A DNA stretch of 63,165 nt, counting the filler, from Diploschistes diacapsis (taxonomy: Eukaryota): NCBI GenBank assembly GCA_023645945.1. It is 16 parts of 16 records of this genome, joined end to end, with 100 filler letters (N's around TTAATTAATTAA, not from the genome) between each part and the next. Parts side by side here need not be neighbours in the genome. Positions count along the whole stretch, not along the records: positions 20,380 to 45,456 come from JALAIB010000221.1; 15 more parts are not named here. One strand, written 5' to 3'. Within the stretch, counting starts at the first letter, position 1, and every line of letters starts with the position of its first letter. Below are positions 24,269 through 37,900 of this stretch, one piece after another. The notes under the pieces were generated by a model. It did not search any database. It had not been told where the DNA came from and saw nothing but the letters and a program-made list of their open reading frames with translations. A program made the position numbers and the translations under genes.

Positions 24269-25576
24269 TTAATGTGCGTGTCCTATTTGTGTGATTAGGG
24301 GCAAAAGCATGCCGACAACGGCAGCCCCTATTAGCTGCACATTCTTCTGTGGCTCCTGCCGACTCTGGCTACGCTCCAGGCTCACTTCCAAATATCCATT
24401 ACCGTGGGCGTCGTCCCCGCTACCAGTAACATCGTTTTCTTGCATCGTGTGCATCGCAACATAACTACTTCATCAGCCGTTGATCAATCCTTTTTGGAAG
24501 GCGGGACTCACAGAAAAGTCCCTCCTGAAAATAAGAGAATCACGCCGGTCCAGAATTTCATGGACTCGGCACCAGACGTCCCTTCACCTTCGCCACCCCC
24601 TCCTAATAATCTTACAATGGCCCAAGTAATAATGGCGCCTGTTGGCGCTGCCAAACTAAACGCCATAAGATGTGCGCGCGCCTTCCTTCTTCCGAGCCCC
24701 TGCTTGAGTAAAATGCTGGTCAATCCAAACGCAGCGGGAGCTTTGTGAATCATAATCGCGAAAAAAATAATGAAAGAGATAGAAGGTATTGTGGATGATG
24801 CACCCAGCGCTATTCCATCAGCTGTTGCATGTATGACCAGACCTAAAGTGGTTGAGAAAGAGCTTTTCGAGCTTGCCTTAGTTGGCGCTGAAGTGGTACT
24901 GGAAGATAGATCGGAAAGAGAGTAGATATTCATCGTCTGTGGCGGTGGAGGCAGCTTGATCGATGGGAGTGTGTCAATTAGATACATGAGGATAAAGCCA
25001 AGAATCAGTGAAACACCAATCCAAGCATGCGGTTCCCTATTAGATTTCTCGCTTTTGAGGAGCCCAGATGAATCTAGCGCGTGCACTTCGCCCGGCGCAG
25101 TAGGCGTCGTTGGTGGATCGACAGACGATTCTGAAGAGCCAGCCTGCGCGCCGTCTGGAATTACTGGTCCTGGGAGAGCTCCAACAGCATCAAGGGTTTC
25201 GGCGCGGCCTGTCACTCTCCCCAATAGCTGAATAGTGTCGACATCCTTGGCTACCCATCGGACGTCTAAGGAAGATGGAAGGATGATGCTTCGTTTCTGT
25301 ACAATATCCGCCTTTTCTATCGAGCCGTAAAGAGTCTCTACGCCTTCCGGTATAATGACAATAAGGGACGTGCCGACCAAGACGCCCATGCCCAAGGTTG
25401 AAATCAGGCGGAGTCGCGACTGTGACAATGAAAGCGAAAGGGGAAGCAGGCCGGCAAGGAAGGAACTAGGAGCCGCAAAGTTAGTAAGTCCCATGCCAGC
25501 TGCTAATTAGAGAAAGAACTTACGCAATCGCCATCAGTGTGCTCAAAGAGAGCAACGTTGCCAATCCGTTGAGCAT
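24269..25576 (-). CDS. ATX2: ZIP-family (ATX2/ZIP9-like) metal transporter
   Basis: Exons 25576-25524, 25465-24512, 24464-24269. Motifs GVLVGTSLIVIIPEGVE, GLVIHATADGIALG, MIHKAPAAFGL and GGTFLYVAMH; C-terminus GHAH. Confidence 0.9.
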
Positions 25577-25926
25577 CTTGACTGCGACCTCGACGGAGGT
25601 CGAGTGAGCGACTGCACTTATATCAACGGAAGAGAAAAGCGGACCATCTTGGCATAAGATTTCCCTAGGTGCAGAACCCGCTTGAATTAAGGCTATAATG
25701 AATTATCTGATAATTCATTTGCAGCGCTCCAGCTCCTTGTTAGAGCATAAGCCGAAGTTCAAATCGGTCTGTAACTTAGTTTTGGCGCAATGAACTCTTA
25801 GCTAAGCTGCGCCGGGAAAACCTTGGGTTTCCTCGTCTAGCCCTACAGGGAAATACCGAATTTGTGATGGAGAAAATTTCAAAGCTCCACTGGCGTCTTG
25901 CCATCCCATCTTCCATGCTCTGTACA

Positions 25927-28900
25927 ATGGCCAAGTGCGTATGGAATAACGAAGGCTTGGATTTGGGCTCAGAAACTTTGGCGCAATTGCCAAAGGAAGT
26001 CCTAGAGACTTTACAAGGAGGCTCAAATTTGCAATATCTTGATGCTCTAGCGGAACTAGCCTTGGAGCCTGGATTCACAGAAACGGTCTTTGTCAGATAT
26101 GGACCCCTTTTCGTTGATTTCTGTGGACGATGGCTTCTCAAACTGAAAGCAGGGCCTTCTGCAGCTCTCCAAATTGTATTTGCACTATCAAAGGTTCTCC
26201 TGCATGCACACCACCTATCCTCTGTGATAGAGGAGATTGCTTGCCATCGCAGGCTTGGTGTGTTCAATACGTTAAAGCTTTCAGCTAGTTCTTCTGCTAT
26301 CCTGGATCTTCCTCAATCTACCTTGAGAGATGTTCTCCTCATTTTTGTTCGGCTATTGCAATATGACAATAAGAGGTTTGAGGATCTACTTTCACCGATG
26401 CAGCTACTGCTGCTTCTAAATCACGAGACCCTTTGCATCAGATATTTAGCGGCTAAAGCCTTCTGTCTTCTGCTACATCTTACTGAGAAAGTGCTCCACA
26501 GTTTGATTGAGCAGTATGTTGGGAGCGGACCCCTGGAAGGGAAATGGGAAGGGAAGGATATTGATTACAGATTCCACGATCTTTGGGAAGCGAAAAGGCA
26601 GCGGGATCTAAGAAATGCTCTCTCTAGTTTCAAAGAAATATCACGCGTTGCTAATATAGGCCCTTGTCGTATCATTCAGTCTACAGATTTGTGTCCACAA
26701 ACAATAAACTTTGCCGGACATCTTACCCTTGCCTTGAGTGGGACACCTATATTAGCATCGTCACTGGTGTTGACACCGACTAGCTCTGAAAACCTGGTGC
26801 GAGTTGCTGGTGCGGTATGTGAAGCTCCAGCGATATTGGTGTCGGGTTTGGCGGGTTCGGGTAAAACGACCATCATCAAGGAGATTGCTCGAGGGTTGGG
26901 TCAAGCTTCCAGAATGTTGACCTTGCACCTCAACGAGCAAACAGATGCGAAGCTCCTTGTTGGGTTCTACACCTCATCCATTGAGTCTGGATCCTTCAAA
27001 TGGCAGCCGGGTATCCTTACGACCGCCGTCACAGAAGGGCGATGGGTTCTTATAGAGGACCTCGACAGAGCCCCGGTTGAAGTTGTCAGTACTCTTCTCC
27101 CTCTATTAGACCGCCAAGAGCTGATGGTGTCTAATTTGGGCGGCGCGGTCCGCGCTTCCCGCGGCTTCAAACTCATTGCTACGGTTCGTTCCAGTCTCAA
27201 TACGAAGTCGGAAGAGCTCGATCCCGCTGCGAATATGATAGGTTACGGACGGTGGAAAAAAGTTCGGCTTCGACCATATTCTGAGATTGATTTGCAGCAG
27301 ATTATCGATGGCAGATTCCCCCTCTTGGGTGCTTATCGCTCAATGTTCCTCAACTTGTATGCAGAGCTTGCAAGAATGGCGCCAGAAACAGCGTTCGCCC
27401 GAGAATCCAGCCGTGTGTACGGACCACAAGAGATTCTGCGATACTGCCGCAGAGTCAACGAGCTGCTTAGAAGAACCGGCATCACTAGTAGAGAAGAGAC
27501 GGTGCCAGAGCTGATCCAAGAAGAAATCTATCTAGAGGCAATCGACTGCTTTTCGTCAGCTGTTCCAGAAAGATGTCTCAAGTTCCAGATCGCTAAGATA
27601 CTGGCTCGGGAACTACACGTACCTGAAACCAGGATGCGATTTTATCTTGATCATCGGAAAGTATCTTACCGATTAGAGGTGAAGAAGCTTCAGATTGGAA
27701 GGGTAATACTACGACGAAGACATAACCCGAACTTAAAGTCTAGGAGTTTGACTAGCGGTAGTAGCAAAAATCAAAAATTCGCCAAAACTAATCATGCTCT
27801 ACGATCAATGGAAGCTATGGCTGCGGCGGTAAGATTTAAAGAGCCTTGTCTCTTGGTTGGCGAAACAGGCACCGGAAAGACTACTATTATTCAAGAACTA
27901 GCAAATTCGCTCGGACAGAGACTTGTCGTTGTGAATCTATCCCAGCAGAGCGAAGCGGGAGACTTACTGGGAGGCTTCAAGCCAGTTGACATAAGGACTC
28001 TAGCTACGCCGATCAAGGACGAATTTGAACTGCTATTTGATGAGACGTTTTCATTTACAAAGAACCAGCGTTACCTGAAATCCTTTAGTCGAGCATTCAA
28101 AAAGCATGAATGGTCCAAAGTTTTGACACTGTGGGAGGAAGCCTTGCGGATGATAAACGCAACCTTTTCCAGCAAGCCGGATCGAGGCGACGTTGCAAAC
28201 CCGCAGAAAAAACGCAAGGTTGAATCTACAAAGTTTCAGCCGATTAAAGCTAGATGGGTTACGCTTGCCACTCAAATCGATGTCTTTCGGAAACACCTGC
28301 GAAGCGGATCCAAAGGGTTTGCCTTCTCATTCATTGAGGGTAACGTTGTAAAGGCTGTTCGAAATGGGTATTGGGTACTTTTGGACGAAATCAACCTGGC
28401 ATCTCCCGATATTCTTGAGAGTCTGGCGGATCTTCTTACAGGCGATACTGATAACATACCGTCTCTTTTACTCAGTGAGACCGGAGAGGTGCAAAGGATA
28501 TGTGCACATCCTGATTTTCGCATATTTGGCGCGATGAATCCTGCGACTGATGTGGGTAAGAAATGTCTTCCTCCTGGCCTTCGTTCTCGGTTCACGGAGT
28601 TTTTCATAACTTCGCCCGAGGAAGACGAGAGAAGTTTGCTGCAAATTGTTCAAGCATATCTTGGAGACTTGTCCATTCGGGATACCCACCTATCTCGGGA
28701 TATTGCAAAGCTTTACCTTGATATCCGCAACCTGGAGAATATAAATCAGCTAGTTGATGGTGCAAACCAGAAACCACATTTTACGCTTCGAACCTTGACC
28801 AGGACTCTAACATACGCAAGTGATATTACCCCAATATATGGCCTCCATAGAGCGTTATATGAAGGTTTCGCAATGAGCTTTCTTACTGTACTCGATCGCC

Positions 28901-31900
28901 ATTCAGCTTCGATAGTTGCGAGTCTGATCGATAAGCACCTCTTGGCCACACACCCGAATATCCGTGCTCTCCTTCACCAGGTCCCCCGTTGTCCGGGCAG
29001 TCCAGAAACGTTCATCCAGTTTCAACACTACTGGATGTCTCGAGGCCCATTTGGTCTAAGAACACAGCCGCACTACATTAGAACACCCTTTGTGGAGGCA
29101 AATCTCTTGAATCTGGTAAGAGCGACATCGACGCGGCGATATCCAATCCTTCTCCAAGGCCCAACGTCCTCGGGTAAGACAAGTATGATCGAATATCTCG
29201 CAGGTGTTTCTGGTAACAAATTCGTTCGTATCAACAACCATGAACATACCGATCTGCAGGAATATCTTGGCACCTACGTCTCTACTGCAACCGGACTGCA
29301 TTTTCAAGAAGGCGCACTGGTACGAGCACTTCGAGAGGGTCATTGGCTTGTTCTAGATGAACTTAATCTTGCCCCCACGGATATCCTTGAGGCTCTCAAT
29401 CGTCTCTTGGACGATAACCGGGAGCTTTTCGTCCCGGAAACACAGGAAATTATACGACCGCACGAAGACTTCATGCTTTTTGCAACTCAGAATCCACCTG
29501 GTCTTTACGGCGGTCGCAAGATTCTGTCCCGTGCCTTTCGCAATAGATTCCTCGAGCTCCACTTTGATGATATTCCTGAGGATGAACTTGAGGAGATTCT
29601 TCAGAAACGGACTCAAATTGCACCCTCATACTGTACCCGAATTGTGGCAGTATATAAGAAGCTTGCGATCTTACGGCAGTCTAATCGACTATTCGAGCAG
29701 AAAAATAGCTTTGCTACATTAAGAGATCTCTTTAGGTGGGCATACAGAACAGCGGATAATGTTGAGCAACTTGCTGTAAACGGCTTTATGCTACTAGCAG
29801 AACGTGTTCGAGATCCTCAAGAAAGAGAAGATGTGAAGAAAATCATTGAGGAAGTGATGCGGTGTAAGCTTGTTGAAAGCGATATTTATGATCCAGCAAA
29901 ATTACCCAAGCGTACTTTTTCTGATGATACCCCAATGGCAAGAAGCATCGTCATGACCAGGAGTATGGTCCGCCTTTTCGCTTTAGTATCCCGAGCACTT
30001 GAGAACAGCGAGCCTGTGCTACTTGTTGGCGGAACTGGATGCGGGAAGACTTCAATATGCCAGATGGTAGCGGAAGTCTTTGGTACAAAACTTCACATTC
30101 TCAATGCTCATCAAAATACCGAGACTGGTGATCTTATTGGCTCCCAGCGTCCTGTCCGCAATAGACCGCATATCCAGGCCCTACTTTATGACGATCTTCG
30201 GGTCGCAACTAGCATCATATTTTCCTACCCGCAGGGAGAGATGCCTGGCTTTGGAGAGCTTGCAGAGTCGTATGCCAATCTCTCTACCGATGTCAAACAG
30301 CAACTGCCTTCTGAACTGAGACAGCGGATCGACGGGAACAGTGCACGCGGTGACGCTCTTTTCGAGTGGTTGGATGGGAGTTTGGTCCACGCCATGAAAG
30401 CTGGTAGCCACTTCTTGCTTGACGAAATTTCGCTTGCTGATGACTCGGTTCTGGAACGATTGAATAGTGTTTTAGAACCCGGTCGTAGCCTCCTATTAGC
30501 AGAAAAAGATTCGCTTGATTCCTTTATCGTGGCGCATAAGAGTTTCCAGTTCCTTGCTACAATGAATCCTGGTGGAGATTACGGTAAGAAAGAGCTCTCT
30601 CCTGCTCTTCGCAATCGCTTTACGGAGATATGGGTGCCTCAGCCCAACGGGGACGAGGATGTGCTGCAAATTACGAGATCCAAATTGGATGCACAACTAT
30701 TACATTTGGCTGAGCCCCTCGTGTCATTCTCTCGATGGTTCGAGACAAGATATCAAGAAGGCGAGCCTTCTATATCTCTAAGACAGATTCTTACCTGGAT
30801 CGAATTCTTGAATTTGTCACCCGAGGAGAATGTACAGTCTTGTATCGTTAACGGCGCTGCCATGGTCTATATCGATACCCTGGGTGCGAATCCTTCTGGC
30901 AAGGTGGGAACATCAATGAATTCAATTTCTCAGGAGCGTCAGGCGTCTCTAGAGAGACTGGGCTCACTGTTCACTTTGGATGCCGCGGCCATATACTTCG
31001 ATAAGCCAGAATTGATAGTCTCCAGCGCAAGTCTTACAATTGGATCATTCAGTATCCCAAGGCATGGCGAGGAAAACAAGAGCATTAACTTCAATCTTCA
31101 AACTCCAACGACCTTGAACAATGCTATGAGGATTGTTAGAGCACTGCAATTTCCAAACCCTATACTTATCGAGGGCAACCCCGGAGTCGGCAAGTCCACC
31201 CTAGTTGGCGCTTTGGGTGAACTGGCCAACGTGCACTTGACTCGTATAAATCTATCTGAGCAGACAGACATTATGGACTTGTTTGGTTCTGACGTTCCGG
31301 TTGAGGATGGCGAAGCTGGCCAATTCCAGTGGCGCGACGCGCCTTTTCTTCAAGCAATGCAATGCGGTAACTGGGTCCTCCTCGATGAGATGAATCTTGC
31401 CTCGCAATCAATTCTGGAAGGCTTGAATGCCTGTCTGGACCATCGAGGCGAGGTCTATGTCCCTGAATTAGACCGCTCAATTACCCGACACTCTAATTTC
31501 AGGCTTTTTGCTGCACAAAATCCGCACAGTCAAGGGGGGGGTCGAAAAGGGCTCCCCGCCTCTTTTGTCAATCGTTTCACTGTCGTCTATGCCGACGTAC
31601 TGTCAGAACATGATTTGCTCGAGATCTCAACGAAGTTATACCCTGATGTTTCAACGGAGAGCGTATTGGATATTGTACGCTACATATCGCGGTTGAATGA
31701 AATTGCGAACGCAACCCTTCTTTCGTCTGTTGGTGCTCCCTGGGAATTCAATCTTCGTGATGTGCTTCGCTGGCTGGATCTTCTAAGTTCTAAAGGCTCA
31801 TTGCTAGCTGGAACAACGCCGTCTGATTTAGAGCACTTCATAGTTCAGAATCGTTTCCGGTCCGACGAAGATATTGCCCGGGTAGGGCATTTTGATGGAT

Positions 31901-34900
31901 TCGCAGCAAGCGGTCCACCAAAATCACATTCATATTTTAAATCGACAAGCCCTGCTCACCTTCAAAGCGGCTATGGGTTCCTCGAACGACATGAAACATC
32001 GTCAGTCCGGCCAACGAAGTACTTCGAACGCGATCCTCGTTTAGTGGAATCGATTCTCATAAGCGTACAAAAAAGCTGGCCATGCTTGCTTGTCGATTCG
32101 TCAGGCGCTGAAGCCTCCAATATACTTCATGATGTTGCCGCAATGTTCGGGGCAAGGATCTCAACTATGTCGCTGAATTCCGATACAGACACCATGGACC
32201 TCGTGGGTGGTTACGAACAAGTGGATCACCAACGAGATGCTGCTAAGTATGTTGAGCGGCTTCGAGAGGCTTTGCAAGATTGTATCGCGCAAGGTATTCT
32301 TGATCATGCAAACATGACAGATGATGCTCACCATCTTCAACAGCTGATGACGACACCACGCGCAAATCTAGAAGCGATCCATGAGGCTCTCAAGTGCCAC
32401 CCCGGGCCTTCTTCCAATCTATTTCAATCCCTTGCTAAGCAATGCTCACAAGTCATGCAAAGAAATGCTAAAGATAGCCGTTCTCGGTTTGAATGGGTGG
32501 ATAGCGTCTTCATCGAAGCTTTAGAGCAAGGCCGTTGGCTCGTTCTCGACAATGCCAACCTTTGTAGCTCGTCTGTCCTAGACAGGCTGAATGCATTGCT
32601 CGAGCCTAGCGGCATCCTTTCCGTCAACGAACACCGTTACGCTGACGGATCTCCGAGAATCGTTGTGCCGCACCCAAATTTTCGGCTCTTCCTGATTATG
32701 GACCCGCGATACGGAGAACTGTCTAGGGCCATGCGGAATCGCTGCGTCGAGGTATATGTTCAGAGCCGTCAAAACAGCAGCCTTGGGTCTGCCCACACCC
32801 TGCATCTTGATTCTACCTTGTCTCGTTGGTACGCTGTGGAGTCCGTCAATTGGAATGTACTGTCTAGCGATGAAGCAAAGTCTATGGCACGAGTATGTCT
32901 TGAACAGCTTGCCATTGGAGACTTCGATAGCATTGCAGCTTGGCGAGAAGAAGTGAGTAGGGGCCTCATCGTTATGTCACAGGAGAAACTAGATCTTTTG
33001 CTCCTCAATTGCCGAATATTCGAACAATCAGTGAAATCTGGTTCCTTCCAATCAGTCATGTATGAACTATACAAATCAACACTCAGTGAAATCTACACAA
33101 AATCATCTCTGCATGTCATACGAGCGCAGCCACTTAATCCACTAAACAATCCTCCTTTAATATCTCAGCTTCGGAAGACGAACAAGCTGGGTAGAGCTCG
33201 GTGGATTGCTGATGCACTTGATTCGCGTTTGATTATCATACAAATCGAAATTCAACTCACTGTGTTGGGAAAACTGCAGCACTCTCACGGACAAGCATCG
33301 CTAAACCGTCTTGAACGTTCTTTGCTCTTTAATCAGTCGGGAACCTATTCCAAAGACTCCACAAGGCCCTTAGCCACCTTTCTCCAGCATAATCTGGCCC
33401 TCGTGGATTCTTGGATCAACGAGACATGTGCTACAGAGAGTTGGCCTACTACATTTCCCAAGGCAATAGCGCCTTATCTTTTGGATCTGTTTGAGATGTC
33501 CCAAGTCGTTCCCTTTGACGAAGGCAGATTCCAAGCGTACCTTGATACAGGAAGGGCGCTGGCTCAAACTCTGAACTCAGGACAGAATACAGTTGAGCTT
33601 AGCAAATCGCTGAAGCGGACTTTCAGCATGTTCGACAGTAGCTGGAAACTGACTTCAGGACTCAGTATGACTGTACTTTGGCATAAAATGAAGCCAGCAG
33701 TTCCATCTAATAGATATAGTCTAAAGCACCTATTGGATCTTGAAGCATCAGCAGACGCCTTTGACCGAGTCGCTTGGAAATCGTCAGCTTCTTTACAGAG
33801 TCTCATTGACCTACACCACTCTTTTTCTTCTGCATTACAGAAATGTAGAGATGCCAATGAATTTGTTGATAAGAGTGATATAGTCAGCGATTCTCAGGAT
33901 ATCGCACGAGTCTTAGACAAAGAGGCAGCAGACATGCATATTGATAACAGTTTAGACGGGCCCTACTTTCGTGAGCAATTCGAGTCCCTTCGACAATATA
34001 TCTGGTCAAGTGGAAGTCGGATCACCACAGAGGGACTTATGGTACTCGATGTGCTCTCAGGTCGAAAAACTAAGGGGTTTTCCTGTTCTCTCACTGCGCC
34101 ACCCTGCAACCAATTCTGGAACAGACTTTGCAGCCAGACGGGCATTGACACTGATGGTTGTCAGCTCTCGGCGTTTCGAGGGTCTCTGCCATCATCTATC
34201 ATCAGAAAACTGTTGCACCTATCTGAGGTTCCCTTAAAATCTTTGCAACGCTTGACTGAAGAAATCACGCTCTTCGCGAACCGCATCGCAAAAGCAACGC
34301 AAGCTGTCGTTGCTGATCAGCAACTTTGTCTCCGCGAACTACTATCGAGCTTATTGATTCAGGTACTTGAAGCACATGCAGAACTGCTAACACCAGGCAA
34401 TTTGGAGCAATGGGCGCAATATCTCCGAAATCCAACTAAAGTTGCAAGGCCTATTATTCGTCTAGCAAACACCTCTCAAGCTACCCAGGAAATCCAGGAT
34501 GGTTGGGCTACCTGGTTTCATCAGACAGTGTCACAGTACTTCTATCCTGCACTTGATTACTTGGAGTCGATCGGAAATAATAATCATCAGTCAAGCAAAA
34601 GTGCCAGCCATGCCTGGCTGAATATCTCTCTTGGTTGTCTCAAGCTCTATGTACCGAACGCTCCAACTGATCCTGCCACTAAGCCTCTTGTGGAAGCGGA
34701 AAGATGGTCGAAGCGAAGAAGGAGATTAGAACTGCATCTTGCTGCCCTTGAGACTTTAGAGGAACATATGAGTGGTACTCGAACTAATCTTCGAGTCGAG
34801 CTTGTCCGTCAAGAGCTGGATAGTATGGAACAAAAGCCTCTAGTCCCTGCAATCGTCAGACCAACGATTTCTACACTGCCACAATTACAACATGAGTTTA

Positions 34901-37900
34901 ATATGATATTGCAGGTCATAATGCCTTCGTGCGAGACTTTACTTACCCACTCATATAAAGATAACCTCCAGGACGCTGAACTTTGTGAAAGAAACATAAT
35001 CCAAATGCTAGCTCGGCTTGACGGCTGCTATAGGGAATACGACGATATTGTGAGGCCGCTTGTTGGGATCCTACAAGGGTTGAGTACCGCAATAGCACTG
35101 CGGTTTGTAGAACGATCCTCTTTGGAATCAAGCTCAAAGCTTGAAAGGCCCGAGGCCCCTGCTCCAGCTCTCCTAGGATTGAATATGCAGGAAGCCATTG
35201 CTAAAGTTTCGAAGCGGAGCGAAGCAGATCACCCAAACTGCCAGGATTCCCGAGTGATGGCGCTTCAATATGTGGAACTTGAGAAGTGCGTGTGCGGAGA
35301 TGTTGATAACGATACAACAGCAATAGTCACGAGTCAATTTCGGTTGATTTACAATTACTGGAAAGCAGAATTGCAAGCTAGACAAGCAAGAGAAGCTGCA
35401 GACTCATCTCTTTACAGGTATAAAGGAGATAACCCATCAGTGGCCGAGATGGAGACCGAGCTTCAGAGCCTCTTTCCGAACGCATTTGAAAAGAGAGAAG
35501 ATTCTAAAACATCAGCGGGAAGCTTGAAGCTTGGGAACCCGCAAGCTCTAGCTCAGTCGCTTGCCAAAGTGCAGCGGACTATCTTTATGACAAACCCCCA
35601 GCACAGCACTGCTATAGTCGATTATGTCAAGGCTGTGGCTGGAAGTATCGAGCTAGCTTCGCCTGAGGGTCACGATTTCCCCCTTGAACGAGCGACTCTG
35701 CTCCCGGTTGCCTTGCTTAAGACTAGTGAAGCCATCGACTACCTTGGAAATGCATGTAATAAAGACATCAAGGCTGGTTTCTATCATGGGAACAATACGC
35801 ACGAAGCTAGAAAGCTTTTAGGCTTGTTATGCAAGCTACGACTTAAGTTCAGAAGTATTCAAACAACCTGGCCGGAGCATGCGACTTTGGCTGACGTTCT
35901 GCTGACAATTGAAGAGTTACTAGATTGCAAGCACACGGAGCCCCTTGCCAAGATTATCGCCAAAACTGAAAAACTTCATTCATTCGTCCATGAGTGGCAG
36001 CAAGTGGCCAGTAAAGATTCTTCTGCCCAGCCACTGTATGAGGAGCTGACCAAACTTCTGATTAGCTGGCGGCGTCTTGAGCTTTCTGATTGGGCTAAGC
36101 TTCTAGATGTGGAGGATGAAAAACATGCGGCCGAAGCTGAGTCATGGTGGTTTATTGTTTTCGAGGCGATTTTCCCATCCTTTTTAGATGCACTAGAGGT
36201 CGGTTCTGACATGCAACCATATATTGATTCGCTTGTCGCTGAGATACACAACTTCATCAAGGACGCACCCATCGGCCAGTTCCAAGCCCGGCTTAGGCTG
36301 ATCAGCGCCTTCGAAGAGCATACAAAGTGCCTTAGTCAAAGTTCATGCAAATTCCAGCTTGTCAATAGTGCCCTTGCGAATGCTGTCCGCTACTTTGCCA
36401 GGTGGATAAAGCAGGCCAAAGCCCAAATTGAGAGGGATCGGGAGCAACTGGCTAAGAAAATGAAAGAGATTTTGCTGCTGGCAAGCTGGAAAGACACAAA
36501 TGTCGTCTCTCTTCGCGAGAGTGCCCGCAAATCACATTATGCTCTTCTGAACATCATCCGAAAGTATCGCGAGGTACTTGCTCGACCAACTAGTGAGATA
36601 CTACAGGAACCAGCGGATTTTGAGCCTTCTGGACCTATCTGCGAAATTGATGAACGAAGTTACGTGTGTCAAGAACCAGACACTGTACTTATCGAACGTT
36701 GTCAGCGTAGCTTTTCCACATGGCATCAACAGGCCCCCCGCCTAAATGATCCAGTCAAAACAGCTGCATTTATGATTCAAATGAGCGAGTTTCCTCGTAA
36801 CGAACTAGACAGTGAGCTTTGCATTGATGCCTTCAAGCAAAATCTGCTGGTTACCATAAGGGGTCTGCAGCAGGAGACTCCGAAATCTTTGACCCCTGAG
36901 AACAAAACCCATGTCAAGCACCTAAAAACGCGGAAAAAAACCCTTCTCGCGGACACCTTGAAACAGCTCCGTCAGATGGGAATACGATCGAACTTAGACT
37001 CCGAGACTTTGGCAAGACAAGCAACCACCGATAAGATCCTCTCCTGCATACCCTCATTTCAAGAACTGCAAAGCTCTGCAGATGAGTTTTTTGGCTTCCT
37101 AGATCATGTTTCTTTAGTACGCCAGGCGTTGAAACAAAAATCACACGATCTGACTCCAAATGAGGTTGCCAGAAGCTGTGGCTTCCTTGATGGGCTACTC
37201 TATCATTTAACAACGCAGCGGCGGGGTCTTGGAAAAGCTATCGCTGAGATTAGAGCATGTGACAAGCTATTGACCAGTCTTAGCACCTTGTGGTGTCCTA
37301 GCATATACACTGTGCACCAGGAGAATTCTCAGGCCAATGGTTCGGGACACCACTTGCGAAGGATTCGCTGGCTTAAAGCTATTCTTGAGGCTACTTTCAC
37401 TGTTATTGAAAAACTGGAGAATATGGGAGGTGAGGACTATGCATCTCTCAAGGACAACCTTCGGCTCCGAACGGATCATATAGCTAGTCTTCAGAAGACG
37501 ATGGAGAGCTTCCCTACACTTATTTCGGGCCTTGTAACATCGGCTCATGAAGCTAACGCCCTAAAAATTGATAAGCTATGCGCCAGTATTGGCGAGGATG
37601 TGGATCGTTGGAGCTACGAATTTCCAAATGCTAAGTTCGTCCTCGAACATATTGAACCTTGGCTACACAAGAATGCACACATCAATCAGTTACGGGACCT
37701 TATACCCACACAGGCTCCAGTCAACGGCGAAGTGTCCAAAATGGAGGGAACAGAACGCTCCAACTCAACTCGGGTCGATGAAAGGCAGATATTTGACCTT
37801 GTTGATCGTATGCTAGTAGGCATCCAGCAGTTGAAAAAGAGGTATGATGAGCTGCCATTGTCAAGTGAGGAAAGCGCTTGGGCAGTACGTGAGGAATTTG

